This document shows, piece after piece, positions 28,901 to 37,964 of a DNA stretch of 64,000 nucleotides. A model generated the notes under the pieces. The model ran no database searches. It was given only the letters and a program-made list of their open reading frames with translations, and was not told where the DNA came from. The stretch is from an uncultured Gemmatimonadales bacterium (GTDB taxonomy: Bacteria; Gemmatimonadota; Gemmatimonadetes; Gemmatimonadales; GWC2-71-9): NCBI GenBank assembly GCA_963771275.1, contig CAVYSW010000003.1, positions 1,664,001 to 1,728,000 on the forward strand, read 5' to 3'. The position numbers were made by a program, and so were the translations under genes. The first letter of the stretch is position 1. Every line of letters starts with the position of its first letter.

Positions 28901-31900
28901 CCGCTGTGCGAGGCGACGCCCGGGACGGGCCTGCCGGTGTTCCCGCTGGGCGACTTGGGGGCGCGTTGCACGCGCCGCAACGGGTTTGCCGACGGCGAGG
29001 ACCTGAACGGCGACGGGCGACTCGACATCACGGTGGGCACCGTGCAGGAGGACGTGTTCCGCTACGTGTTTCCGGTGGGCGACGAGCGGTTCTTCGTGCG
29101 CAACGGCAACACGCTGGTCGACGCCCGCGGCCGGCCGCTGACCTGGCGGCTGTACCGCATCCCGTTCCGCGAGGACACGCTGCAGATCGGCGCCCCGAAC
29201 ATCCGACAGATCCAGGACGTCCGGATCACGGTCGTGGCGCCGGATCGCGGCCCGACCGAGCAGGAAGTGTTCTTCGCGCTGGCGCGCATGGGGTTCGTCG
29301 GGGCGCCCTGGATCAAGCGCGCGGCGACGCCGATCGCCGGGATCAGCGGCTCGCTGGGCGAGCCGCACGGCGAGGTCGTGGCGTCGGTGGTCACGACGGA
29401 AAACGCGGACCTCGGCTACACGCCCCCGCCGGGGGTGGTCAACCAGGCCGACCAGCAGGGCGCCGGCCTGGAGTTCGCCTCGCAGCAGATCAACGAGAAG
29501 TCCCTGCGGCTGCTGGCGCGCGGGCTGCGCGACGGCGAGCGGGCCGAGGCGTTCGTGCGGTTCACCGACGAGGCGGACAAGAACTTCCTGCGCTACGGGA
29601 AGATGCGGGTCTGGGCGCGGGGGCGGGGCCCGGGGTGGGAAGACCGGGACCTCGAGTTCTTCATCAAGGCGGGACGGGACGAGTTCAATTTCTACATGTA
29701 CCGCACGCCAATCCGCTCGGTGGATTGGGTGCCGGAGGTCGTGATCGACCTGCAGCGCTGGCTCGTGCTGCGCGCGCAGATCGAGGCCGCCTTCCTCCGT
29801 GGAGAGCCCCCGTCGGGCGCGGAACAGTGCGGCGGCGACTCCACCGCGTACGTCGCGTGCGACGGGCCGTACGTGGTCCAGGTGCGGAATCCGTCGGTCG
29901 GCCCGCCGAACCTGGCGCGTGTCTCCGAGCTCGCCGTCGGGATCCTGCGCGTGCGCCAGTCGGTCTACATCGACCAGGCCGAACTGTGGGTCGACGACAT
30001 CCGCCTGAGCGACGTGATCGACGACATGGGACTGGCGGGGGCGATCGACGCCCGGCTGCAGGCGGCCGACGTGGCGGACTTCGCGCTCGGCTTCACCACG
30101 CGCGACGCCCGCTTCCAGCAGCTCGGCGAGGCGCCGAGTTACATCACGGACGCGGCGCTGCGGCTGGGCGGGACGTTCCGCCTCGACCGGCTGATCCCCG
30201 GTGGGGGCTTCAGCATTCCCTTCTCCGTGCAATACACCCGGTCGGCGTCCGATCCCTTCTACCTGAACCGCAGCGACGTGCGGGCGGATGTCCTGACCGG
30301 GCTGCGGCGACCGCGCAGCAGCGCGACATCCTACGCCCTCGCCTATCGGCGCATCACGCGCGGCCGCTCCCTGCTCGAGAACCTCCTGGTCGATCCGATC
30401 TCGGTGCAGGCGTCGCTCACGCAGGGCCGCAGCACCACCGAGCTGACCGATGCCTCCACGACGAACCGCCAGGCGCGGATCGACTACAGCAGTGTGCCGC
30501 CCGCGGCGACGGTCCGGGCGGCACCGGGCTTCGTCGTCGCGCTGGTGAACGGCCTGCCGGCGTTCATCCGCAACAGTGAGTTCGCCTCGGCACTGCGCAA
30601 TGCCCGGCTGCGCCTCACCCCGGCGCTGGTGCGCGGCTCGGTCACGCTCACGGATGCCCGGACGGAGCGGTTCGCGTTCCGCGTCCCGGTGGCACTGGCC
30701 GCCGATTCGGCGCTGCAGCCCCTGCGCGGCATCAACGCCACCCTCCGCACCGACGCCGGCATCGACCTCCGGCCATTCCCGACGATGAGCCTGCGGGGGG
30801 ACTACAGCGCCACCCGCGACCTCCAGGACTATGGGGACACGACCACCGTCGGCCGGCTGCTGAAGGTCGCGAGCTCCCGCTTCCTCGGATGGAACGTGGG
30901 GTTCGTGCGCACGAAGACGATGGGGGTCGGGTTCAACGTCTCGCCCGCCCTGGCCAGCTGGTTCCGGCCCCGGTTCGTGTTCGCGGGCCGATCCAGCTTC
31001 AATCGGGATCCCAACAACCAGCTGCCGGTCCGTCTGGAGGGGGACACGGCGGGCGCGTACCGGCTGCCCGAGAGCCTGTCCAATTCCCAACACCAGGAGT
31101 TCGGCGCCACGGTCTCGATCGGCCAGCTCGCGCAGGGGGTGTTCGGGGACTCGAGCTTCGTCAGCCGCCTGTTCCGGCGCATCCAGCCGATCGACGCGCA
31201 GCTCACCCGCGACTTCCGCTCGGGCTTCGATCGACCGACGTTCGACGCCTCCCTGGGCTACCAGCTCGGCCTGGGAGGGCTGGGTGCGTTCCGGGCGCAG
31301 CGCGGCGTGCCGGCCACGTCGGCGGGCGACGGCCGCGGCCGGACGGTCGCCGGCGGCCTGCAGCTGCCGCTCGGTCTCAACGTGCGGCTCAGCTACCGGG
31401 ACCAGCAGAACACGTCGTGGGCGCTGCGGTCCTGGGAGGCCGAGCAGGTCCGATTCGACCAGCGGAGCCGCGAGTGGCCGTCGGGATCCCTGTCGTGGAC
31501 CTACTCGCCGCGCTGGGCCTTGCGCCGGGTCATCTCGATTCTCAGCGCCAACGCGCGCCTCACGCGGTCGTTCTCGTTGACCGAGCAGCCCGGCCTCGCG
31601 GGAGACGAGCCGTCGCGCACCCAGAATACCGCGCGCGCGGTCGCCCCCTCGGTGAGCATCACGTGGATCGGCGGGATCACCACGTCCATGCAGTACTCGC
31701 ACGCGACGAGCGATGCGCTCAATTCCGGCAATACGACGCGACGCGACCAGGAAGACTGGTCGGGCGCCATGAACTTCGGGTTCCGGCTGCCGCGCTCGCT
31801 CATCCGGCTGCGGAACGACATCCGCACGACCCTGTCGGTCAATTCCTCCGTGGTGACGACCTGCCTGCTGCGGGGCGGCACGACCGAGTGCTCCCCCGTA

Positions 31901-32080
31901 TCGGACAGCCGCCGCCGGGCGGTGGACCTGCGGCTCGACACCGGCTTCTCGCCCCAGGTGCGCGGCGGCGCTAGCTTCAGCTACGTGCTGACGGAGCAGC
32001 GTCAGACCTCGGCCCGCTACTCGCAGCTCACCGTCACCGTGTTCGCCGAGGTCTTTTTCCTGTCCGGACAGATCCGATGA
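25961..32080 (+). CDS. sprA: SprA/Sov-like large outer-membrane barrel (T9SS translocon homologue); start approximate
   Basis: VNVDYDS...IHVYYEGLEDEILRRVEVGNV, YEMRNVYRLG, QYQIDYAVGQV, AYLEEFEG, EYLEFWV, EDLNGDG, WRLYRIP, NEKSL, LWVDDIRL, followed by a long amphipathic beta-strand region. Confidence 0.85.
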   Translation: MPRLAPTALLILAPLLAPGSAGAQGAGDSLPRITLRLAVPPLSAPPMAELRPGGVLGLRVPAALVGAAWEAATRRLIAANREARREAPWEPVFPEAEIPKAAPPPPPFALRPPQQEAPPTPGTIEALGRYADLGLQLHARFEMKMDQFRNLRCTAADVINPVSGCRGGFPTPSLDQQFDVRAGGVVGDRVHVNVDYDSQREFSANNDIHVYYEGLEDEILRRVEVGNVTFAGPASRFITAAIPANSFGVQAEAQLGAFEFRSIIAQQKGSQVRTRVYTVGEQTTEPVDRELRDLDFEVGRFFFVVKPSLVPGFPDVDVLALTPDLVPGDVRPQQVRVYRLRAQSAQNPNNPNLGGITAVALRPDGPQRVGPFPWELLVEGRDYYLDATGLWFALGTRVGDQDFLAVSYITASGDTVGTYPAVNGTLDTLELIYEPRRGPDAATYAYEMRNVYRLGSSDLNRTSLALSLVVNESERPLDGRGTYLSRLGIALASDESRLDEFNRVFPRDRDPNQGAPIRDLFLIFPNLRPFGDSTRLATAERNDSLYQTPTYLLASQGPPPRFRLRLHYDAVGGGDRGTLALGALQIREGSEKLYIGNEQLVRGRQYQIDYAVGQVTFINSDSLFRGPTQVRAQFEENQLFDVAPKSILGLSSTYDFGAHGRLNAIVLSQQESSVLTRPQLGFEPQSNFLGGLSTELDFRPDIVTRALNALPLISTSVPSHLTVNGEIAMSRPNPNKAGQAYLEEFEGTAARPLSLIENAWTTGSRPESGRGLAPPYLSPLGGFADADAVPLVWQNAIQIGNQALQFEPRDIDSSIVLTGAARELETVLWLSLKPDTIGGAPDPVTGAPRWYRPHTPGPRWRSIAQSLGGSGLGIDLSRVEYLEFWVLEDADRKAKGDGVTLLFDFGTVFEDAEAFGPDTLRVSGADTAFSGFQFIGRGKLDTERDTLTGVFNATVNDVGVLTDLLPSVVNGATGETLTNLPLCEATPGTGLPVFPLGDLGARCTRRNGFADGEDLNGDGRLDITVGTVQEDVFRYVFPVGDERFFVRNGNTLVDARGRPLTWRLYRIPFREDTLQIGAPNIRQIQDVRITVVAPDRGPTEQEVFFALARMGFVGAPWIKRAATPIAGISGSLGEPHGEVVASVVTTENADLGYTPPPGVVNQADQQGAGLEFASQQINEKSLRLLARGLRDGERAEAFVRFTDEADKNFLRYGKMRVWARGRGPGWEDRDLEFFIKAGRDEFNFYMYRTPIRSVDWVPEVVIDLQRWLVLRAQIEAAFLRGEPPSGAEQCGGDSTAYVACDGPYVVQVRNPSVGPPNLARVSELAVGILRVRQSVYIDQAELWVDDIRLSDVIDDMGLAGAIDARLQAADVADFALGFTTRDARFQQLGEAPSYITDAALRLGGTFRLDRLIPGGGFSIPFSVQYTRSASDPFYLNRSDVRADVLTGLRRPRSSATSYALAYRRITRGRSLLENLLVDPISVQASLTQGRSTTELTDASTTNRQARIDYSSVPPAATVRAAPGFVVALVNGLPAFIRNSEFASALRNARLRLTPALVRGSVTLTDARTERFAFRVPVALAADSALQPLRGINATLRTDAGIDLRPFPTMSLRGDYSATRDLQDYGDTTTVGRLLKVASSRFLGWNVGFVRTKTMGVGFNVSPALASWFRPRFVFAGRSSFNRDPNNQLPVRLEGDTAGAYRLPESLSNSQHQEFGATVSIGQLAQGVFGDSSFVSRLFRRIQPIDAQLTRDFRSGFDRPTFDASLGYQLGLGGLGAFRAQRGVPATSAGDGRGRTVAGGLQLPLGLNVRLSYRDQQNTSWALRSWEAEQVRFDQRSREWPSGSLSWTYSPRWALRRVISILSANARLTRSFSLTEQPGLAGDEPSRTQNTARAVAPSVSITWIGGITTSMQYSHATSDALNSGNTTRRDQEDWSGAMNFGFRLPRSLIRLRNDIRTTLSVNSSVVTTCLLRGGTTECSPVSDSRRRAVDLRLDTGFSPQVRGGASFSYVLTEQRQTSARYSQLTVTVFAEVFFLSGQIR

Positions 32081-32979
32081 AACGCCGCGCGATCCTCCCC
32101 GTGCTGCTCACGCTCGCCTGCGCCGCCGGCCCGCACGCCACCACCCCGTTCGACGGCGCGACGGCACTGCGCTACGTGCAGGAGCAGGTGGCGTTCGGCC
32201 CCAGGGTCCCCGGTACCGCAGCCCATCGCCGCGCCGGCGACTGGATGCTCGATCACCTGCGGCGCACGGCCGACTCGGTCGAGGTCCAGGCGTGGGTCCA
32301 CGTCACGCAGGCGGGCGACTCGCTCCCGCTGCGCAACTTCCTCGGACGATTCCGCCCCGACGTGGCCGACCGCGTCCTGCTGCTGGCGCACTGGGATACG
32401 CGGCCGCGCGCCGACAACGAGGCCAACCTCGGCGCGCAGCGGCAGCCCATTCCGGGCGCCAATGATGGCGGCTCGGGCGTCGCCGTCCTGCTCGGGGTCG
32501 CGGACGTGCTGGCCAAGACGCCGCCCACCCTCGGCGTGGACCTGCTGTTCGTGGACGGCGAAGACTGGGGCACCGATTTCTCCGGTCCGGACGCCTTGAT
32601 CGGCTCGCGCTACTACGCCACGCACCTGCCGCGCGACCGCCATCCCTTGTTCGCCGTGCTGTTCGACATGGTGGGTGACGCCGACCTGCGGATCTACGAG
32701 GAAGCGTTCTCCGTGCAGGGGGCGCCGGAGGTCGTGGCGCGGGTGTGGGGGGTCGCGCGGGACCTGGGCTACGGCAACGTGTTCGTGTCGAGCGTCGGGG
32801 GCGCGCTGACCGACGACCACATCCCCCTGCTCGAGGCGGGAGTGCGGGCGATCGACGTGATCGATTTCGACTATGGGCCGCGCAACTCCTACTGGCACAC
32901 CCTGCAGGACACACCCGACAAGCTCAGTGCGAAGAGCCTCAAGATCGTCGGCGACGTAGCGGTGAAGCTGGTGATGTAG
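32077..32979 (+). CDS. M28 family lipoprotein, glutaminyl-cyclase-like
   Basis: Lipobox LTLA|C; FGPRVPGT, LAHWDTRP, GANDGGSGV, DGEDWG, DMVG, DDHIP, YWHT; ATGA overlap with sprA. Confidence 0.82.
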   Translation: MKRRAILPVLLTLACAAGPHATTPFDGATALRYVQEQVAFGPRVPGTAAHRRAGDWMLDHLRRTADSVEVQAWVHVTQAGDSLPLRNFLGRFRPDVADRVLLLAHWDTRPRADNEANLGAQRQPIPGANDGGSGVAVLLGVADVLAKTPPTLGVDLLFVDGEDWGTDFSGPDALIGSRYYATHLPRDRHPLFAVLFDMVGDADLRIYEEAFSVQGAPEVVARVWGVARDLGYGNVFVSSVGGALTDDHIPLLEAGVRAIDVIDFDYGPRNSYWHTLQDTPDKLSAKSLKIVGDVAVKLVM

Positions 32980-32980
32980 G

Positions 32981-33100
32981 CGATGGCCGTTGGCCGACAG
33001 CCGATAGCCGAACGCTCCGCCCAACGGGGGGCCCCGGAGCCGGCCCGTCGCCCTGTCGCGATCGTTCGGCATTCGGCTAACGGCAATCGGCTATCGGCCC
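32981..33100. repeat. Inverted pair of heptamer arrays (ccgatag-type) forming a long hairpin
   Basis: cgatggc cgttggc cgacagc cgatagc cgaacg ... cgttcgg cattcgg ctaacgg caatcgg ctatcgg. Confidence 0.8.
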
Positions 33101-33174
33101 TTCCCGCTTCCTTCTGCTCCCCGTCGCGGTGTTTCGGTACCTCCCCCCTCGTTGAGCAACCCTATCGTTGGTCC

Positions 33175-33795
33175 ATGGCGACGTCGGACGATCGCCGGGC
33201 CGCGCTCGTGCTGCTCGGGCTCACCCTGGCGGGGGTGGCGGTGCGAATGGTGATGGGCGGCACGGCTGCGCCGGGCTCTGTGGCCTATCGTGCCGCCTCG
33301 GAGGATCGACCCGCGGCGGAGTCCACCGCGGCGCAGGCGGCGGCGCTGGCGCGGCCGCTGGCGGCCGGAGAGACCATCGATGTCGACGTCGCGCCCGCCG
33401 ACGCGCTCGTCCGACTGCCGCGCATCGGTCCCGGCACCGCCGCGCGCATCGTGCGGGATCGCGCGGAGCGCGGGCCGTTCGGGTCGCTCGAGGGCTTGGC
33501 CCGCGTGGGGGGACTGGGGGAGGGGACGATCGCGGCGCTGCGCCCCCACGCCGTGTTCTCCGGCCGGCCTCGCCCGGCCATCGGGAAGCCCGCCCCGATG
33601 GCACGCGTGCGGATCAACACCGCCGGCGCGGAGGAATTGATGACGCTGCCGGGCATCGGCCCGCACCTGGCGGCCGCCATCGTCGAGGATCGGACGCGAC
33701 ACGGGCCGTTCCACACGGTGCAGGATCTTGCGCGTGTGAGCGGGATCGGTCCCGGAATCGTGCGCCGGCTCGAAGCGCGTATCCTCGTACCTTGA
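33175..33795 (+). CDS. comEA: ComEA-like DNA-binding protein with two helix-hairpin-helix domains
   Basis: N-terminal TM; RLPRIGPGTAARIV..R...GPF and INTAGAEELMTLPGIGPHLAAAIV..R..HGPF...VSGIG. Confidence 0.82.
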   Translation: MATSDDRRAALVLLGLTLAGVAVRMVMGGTAAPGSVAYRAASEDRPAAESTAAQAAALARPLAAGETIDVDVAPADALVRLPRIGPGTAARIVRDRAERGPFGSLEGLARVGGLGEGTIAALRPHAVFSGRPRPAIGKPAPMARVRINTAGAEELMTLPGIGPHLAAAIVEDRTRHGPFHTVQDLARVSGIGPGIVRRLEARILVP

Positions 33796-33819
33796 CACGA
33801 CCTAGGGCCCCGGTACTTT
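33792..33819 (+). promoter_or_regulatory. Sigma70-type promoter for pilB
   Basis: TTGACA-N16-TACTTT. Confidence 0.6.
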
Positions 33820-33877
33820 AACCGATTGGGTACGACGCAACACTCAGTCTGCTTCCCCATTCTTCATCAGCGGCGGT

Positions 33878-35584
33878 ATGGCGACGGCGGCAGGGATCAC
33901 GGTTCGGATCGGCGATCTTCTGGTTCGCGAAGGGCTGATCACCCGGGAGCAGCTCGACCAGGCGTTGGTCGAGCAGCGCAACTCCGGGCTGCGGCTGGGC
34001 TACTGCCTCGTGAAGCTCGGGTTCGTCCAGGAGACCGAGATCACCAAGGCCCTGGCCCGGCAGTACCGCATGCCGGCCGTCGACCTGTCGCGCTTCGAGG
34101 TCGATCCCAAGATCATCAAGCTGGTGCCGGCGGACGTCGCGGTGAAGCACATGGTGCTGCCGCTCAAGCGCGAGGGGCGGACGCTCACGGTCGCGATGGC
34201 CGATCCGACGAACATGGGGGTGGTGGACGATCTCAAGTTCATCACGCGCTACGACATCTTCCCGGTGATCGCGGGGGAGTACACGCTCCGCAACGCGATC
34301 GAGCGGTACTACGAGCAGACCGATGCGCAGCTGCAGACGATCCTCAAGGACATCGAGGAGACCGACGAGCTCGAGGTCATCGAGGAGCGGGAGGAGGAGA
34401 CCGGACCCGTCCAGATGGCGGACGACGCCCCGGTCGTCAAGCTGATCAACGGGATCCTCACCGACGCGGTGAAGCGCGGCGCGAGCGACATCCACATCGA
34501 GCCGTTCGAGCACGAGATCCGGGTGCGCTACCGCATCGACGGGGCGCTCCAGGAGGTGATGAAGCCGCCGGTCAAGCTGAAGGCGGCGCTCACGAGCCGT
34601 GTCAAGATCATGTCCAACCTGAACATCGCCGAGCGGCGCGTGCCGCAGGACGGGCGCATCAAGCTCAAGATGGGCAAGCGGGTGATCGATTTCCGCGTGT
34701 CCACGCTGCCCGTGATCTACGGCGAGAAGATCGTGCTCCGGATCCTCGACAAGGGGAACCTGACGCTCGATCTCACCAAGTTCGGGTTCGAGCCCAAGGC
34801 CGAGCGCGATCTGATGCGCGCGATTCTCAACCCCTACGGCATGGTGCTGGTGACGGGGCCGACGGGTTCGGGCAAGACCACCACGCTGTATTCCGCGCTG
34901 CAGCGGATCAACACCATCGAAAAGAACATCATGACGGCCGAGGATCCCGTGGAGTACAACCTGCACGGGATCAACCAGGTGCTGGTCCGCAACGAGATCG
35001 GCATGACGTTCGCGGCCGCGCTGAAGGCGTTCCTGCGGCAGGACCCCAACATCATCATGGTGGGCGAGGTCCGCGACATCGAGACCGGCAGCATCGCGAT
35101 CAAGGCGGCGCTCACCGGCCACCTGGTGCTCTCCACGCTGCACACCAACGACGCGGCGTCGACGATCACCCGCATGATCGACATGGGGATCGAGCCGTTC
35201 AATGTGGCGAGCGCGGTGAACCTGATCGTGGCGCAGCGGCTGGTCCGCCGGATCTGCTCCGAGTGCAAGCAGCCGCAGCAGTACACGGCGGAGGAGCTGG
35301 GGGCGCTCGCGCTCAGCCAGGAGGAGCTCGCCGCCATCACCTTCTACCGCGGTGCCGGCTGTGACGTCTGCAACGGCACCGGCTACAAGGGGCGCGCGGG
35401 CCTGTACGAGGTCATGGCGCTGTCGCCCGAGCTCCGCCGCGGCATTCTGCGCGGGGCGTCGGCCACCGAGCTCAAGGAGCAGGCGGTCGCCGAGGGGATG
35501 CTCACGCTCCGCACGGACGGCATCGTCAAGATCAAGAAGGGCGTTACGACGCTCGAAGAGGTCGTCAAGGAGACCGCGGAGTGA
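33878..35584 (+). CDS. pilB: Type IV pilus assembly ATPase PilB
   Basis: N-terminal RIGDLLV.EGLIT.EQLDQAL..Q (MshEN-like), ASDIHIEP, GPTGSGKTT, LRQDPNIIMVGE, TLHTN, CxxC...CxxC. Confidence 0.95.
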   Translation: MATAAGITVRIGDLLVREGLITREQLDQALVEQRNSGLRLGYCLVKLGFVQETEITKALARQYRMPAVDLSRFEVDPKIIKLVPADVAVKHMVLPLKREGRTLTVAMADPTNMGVVDDLKFITRYDIFPVIAGEYTLRNAIERYYEQTDAQLQTILKDIEETDELEVIEEREEETGPVQMADDAPVVKLINGILTDAVKRGASDIHIEPFEHEIRVRYRIDGALQEVMKPPVKLKAALTSRVKIMSNLNIAERRVPQDGRIKLKMGKRVIDFRVSTLPVIYGEKIVLRILDKGNLTLDLTKFGFEPKAERDLMRAILNPYGMVLVTGPTGSGKTTTLYSALQRINTIEKNIMTAEDPVEYNLHGINQVLVRNEIGMTFAAALKAFLRQDPNIIMVGEVRDIETGSIAIKAALTGHLVLSTLHTNDAASTITRMIDMGIEPFNVASAVNLIVAQRLVRRICSECKQPQQYTAEELGALALSQEELAAITFYRGAGCDVCNGTGYKGRAGLYEVMALSPELRRGILRGASATELKEQAVAEGMLTLRTDGIVKIKKGVTTLEEVVKETAE

Positions 35585-35588
35585 CCGG

Positions 35589-36755
35589 ATGACGAATTCA
35601 CCAGCCCCCAAGATTGGCGCGTCGAGCGCGACCGCCACCGGCATCAACCTGCGTCAGCTGCTCGAGGAGATGATCGAGCGCGACGCCTCCGACCTGCACA
35701 TCACGGCGGGTGAACGGCCCAAGGTGCGGATCGACGGGGACATCACCAACTCCCGGGTGGAGCACGTCCTCAACCCGAAGGACACGCTGCAGCTCACGTA
35801 CTCGGTGCTCACGGAGAACCAGAAGAAGCGGTTCGAGACCGAGGACGAGCTCGACTTCTCGTTCGGCATCCAGAACCTGGCCCGGTTCCGCGGCAACTGC
35901 TTCAAGCAGCGCGGCTGCGTGTCGATGGTCATCCGCCAGATCCCGTTCTCGGTGAAGACCTTCGAGGAGCTGGGGCTTCCGCTGGTGCTCGCCAAGCTGG
36001 CGGAACGGCCGCGCGGGCTGGTCCTCGTGACGGGCCCGACGGGGTCGGGCAAGTCCACCACGCTCGCCGCGATGATCGACAAGATCAACAAGGAGCGGAA
36101 GGGACACATCATCACGGTGGAGGACCCGATCGAGTTCATCCACCGGCACCAGGGCTGCATCGTGAACCAGCGGGAGATCGGGACGGACACGAAGTCGTTC
36201 GCGGCGGCCCTCAAGTACGCCCTGCGCCAGGACCCCGACACCGTGCTGATCGGCGAGATGCGCGACCTCGAGACCATCGCGGCTGCGCTCACTATCGCGG
36301 AGACGGGCCACCTGGCGTTCGCCACGCTGCACACCAACTCGGCGGCGGAGACGATCAACCGCATCATCGACGTCTTCCCGTCGCACCAGCAGTCGCAGGT
36401 CCGGGCCCAGCTCGCCTTCGTGGTCGAGGGCGTCGTCACGCAGACGCTGCTGCAGAAGGCGTCGGGCAAGGGCCGCACGATGGCCTGCGAGATCATGGTG
36501 GCGACCCCCGCGATCCGCGCGCTGATTCGCGACGACAAGGTCCACCAGATCTACTCGGCGATGCAGGCCGGCAAGAAGCACGGCATGCAGACCCTCGCCG
36601 ACTCGCTGTACACGCTGTACGTGTCCCGGGAAGTGTCGCTGGAGGAATGCCTGCGCGTGGCCCCGGACCAGAACGAGTTTCTCCGCATGGTGGGTGAACC
36701 GGTCGCGGCGGACCAGGAGCCAAGCGCCGCACGACCTGCAGCCGGACGCCGGTAA
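35589..36755 (+). CDS. pilT: Type IV pilus retraction ATPase PilT
   Basis: ASDLHI, GPTGSGKST, ALRQDPD, AETGHL.FATLHT, AIRALIR. Confidence 0.95.
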   Translation: MTNSPAPKIGASSATATGINLRQLLEEMIERDASDLHITAGERPKVRIDGDITNSRVEHVLNPKDTLQLTYSVLTENQKKRFETEDELDFSFGIQNLARFRGNCFKQRGCVSMVIRQIPFSVKTFEELGLPLVLAKLAERPRGLVLVTGPTGSGKSTTLAAMIDKINKERKGHIITVEDPIEFIHRHQGCIVNQREIGTDTKSFAAALKYALRQDPDTVLIGEMRDLETIAAALTIAETGHLAFATLHTNSAAETINRIIDVFPSHQQSQVRAQLAFVVEGVVTQTLLQKASGKGRTMACEIMVATPAIRALIRDDKVHQIYSAMQAGKKHGMQTLADSLYTLYVSREVSLEECLRVAPDQNEFLRMVGEPVAADQEPSAARPAAGRR

Positions 36756-36773
36756 CGGCGGGAGACCACACGT

Positions 36774-37964
36774 ATGCCAAGCTACGAGTACACCGCACGC
36801 AACCAGCAGGGCCAGGAATCGACCGGGACGATGGACGCGGTCTCGCGGGATGAGGTCGTCGCCAACCTCCGGAAGCAGCGGATGGTGCTCATCCGGCTGC
36901 GCGAAGCCAAGAAGACCACGCGGGGCGGGCGGATCGCGACGCGCGACATCGTGATCTTCACGCGGCAGTTCGCCACCATGATCAATGCGGGCCTGCCGCT
37001 CGTCCAGGCGTTGGACATCCTGGCGCAGCAGACCGACAACAAGGCGCTCGCCGAGGTCACCCGCCAGGTCGTGTACGACGTCGAGAGCGGCCACACGCTC
37101 GCGGACGCGCTCTCGAAGCACCCGCGCGCCTTCACCGCCCTGTACGTCAACATGGTCGCCGCCGGCGAGGCGGGCGGCATTCTCGACACGATCCTGCTCC
37201 GACTGGCCGTCTTCCTCGAGAAGAACGACTTGATCGTCCGCAAGGTGAAGGGCGCGATGATCTACCCGGCGGTGATCTTCTCCGTCGCGCTCATCGCCGT
37301 CGTGGTGCTGCTCATCTTCGTGATCCCGACGTTCCAGCAGATGTTCGCCTCGGTCAACATGGAGCTGCCGCTGCCGACCCGCATCGTGATCGGCCTGAGC
37401 GACTTCCTCCAGGGATACTGGTGGCTGCTGATTCTGGCGATCGTTGCCGTGGGGTTCGGGATCCAGCGCTATTACGCCACCGAAAACGGCAAGCTGGTGA
37501 TCGACCGCCTGCTGCTGCGCGCCCCGGTGGTGGGTGACCTGCTGCGCAAGTCCGCCGTCTCCCGGTTCACCCGCACGCTCGGCACGCTGATCTCGTCGGG
37601 CGTGTCGATCCTCGACGGCCTGGAGATCACCGCCCGCACCGCGGGCAACCGCGTGATCCACGACGCGGTGATGGAATCGCGGGGCTCGATCGCGGGCGGC
37701 GAAACCATCGCCCAGCCGCTGCAAAAGTCGGGCGTGTTCCCGCCGATGGTGACCTCGATGATCGCGGTGGGCGAGGCCACGGGCGGCCTCGACGAGATGC
37801 TCACCAAGATCGCCGACTTCTACGATGACGAGGTCGACGCGGCCGTGGGGGCGCTGCTCTCCCTCATGGAGCCCATCATGATCGTCGTGCTCGGCGTGAT
37901 CGTCGGTGGCATGATCGTCGCGATGTACCTGCCGATCTTCGGTATGATCAACGCGGTGCAGTGA
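36774..37964 (+). CDS. pilC: Type IV pilus platform protein PilC
   Basis: FTRQFATMINAGLPL, GEAGGIL, AMIYP, EPIMIV...AMYLPIF. Confidence 0.95.
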   Translation: MPSYEYTARNQQGQESTGTMDAVSRDEVVANLRKQRMVLIRLREAKKTTRGGRIATRDIVIFTRQFATMINAGLPLVQALDILAQQTDNKALAEVTRQVVYDVESGHTLADALSKHPRAFTALYVNMVAAGEAGGILDTILLRLAVFLEKNDLIVRKVKGAMIYPAVIFSVALIAVVVLLIFVIPTFQQMFASVNMELPLPTRIVIGLSDFLQGYWWLLILAIVAVGFGIQRYYATENGKLVIDRLLLRAPVVGDLLRKSAVSRFTRTLGTLISSGVSILDGLEITARTAGNRVIHDAVMESRGSIAGGETIAQPLQKSGVFPPMVTSMIAVGEATGGLDEMLTKIADFYDDEVDAAVGALLSLMEPIMIVVLGVIVGGMIVAMYLPIFGMINAVQ

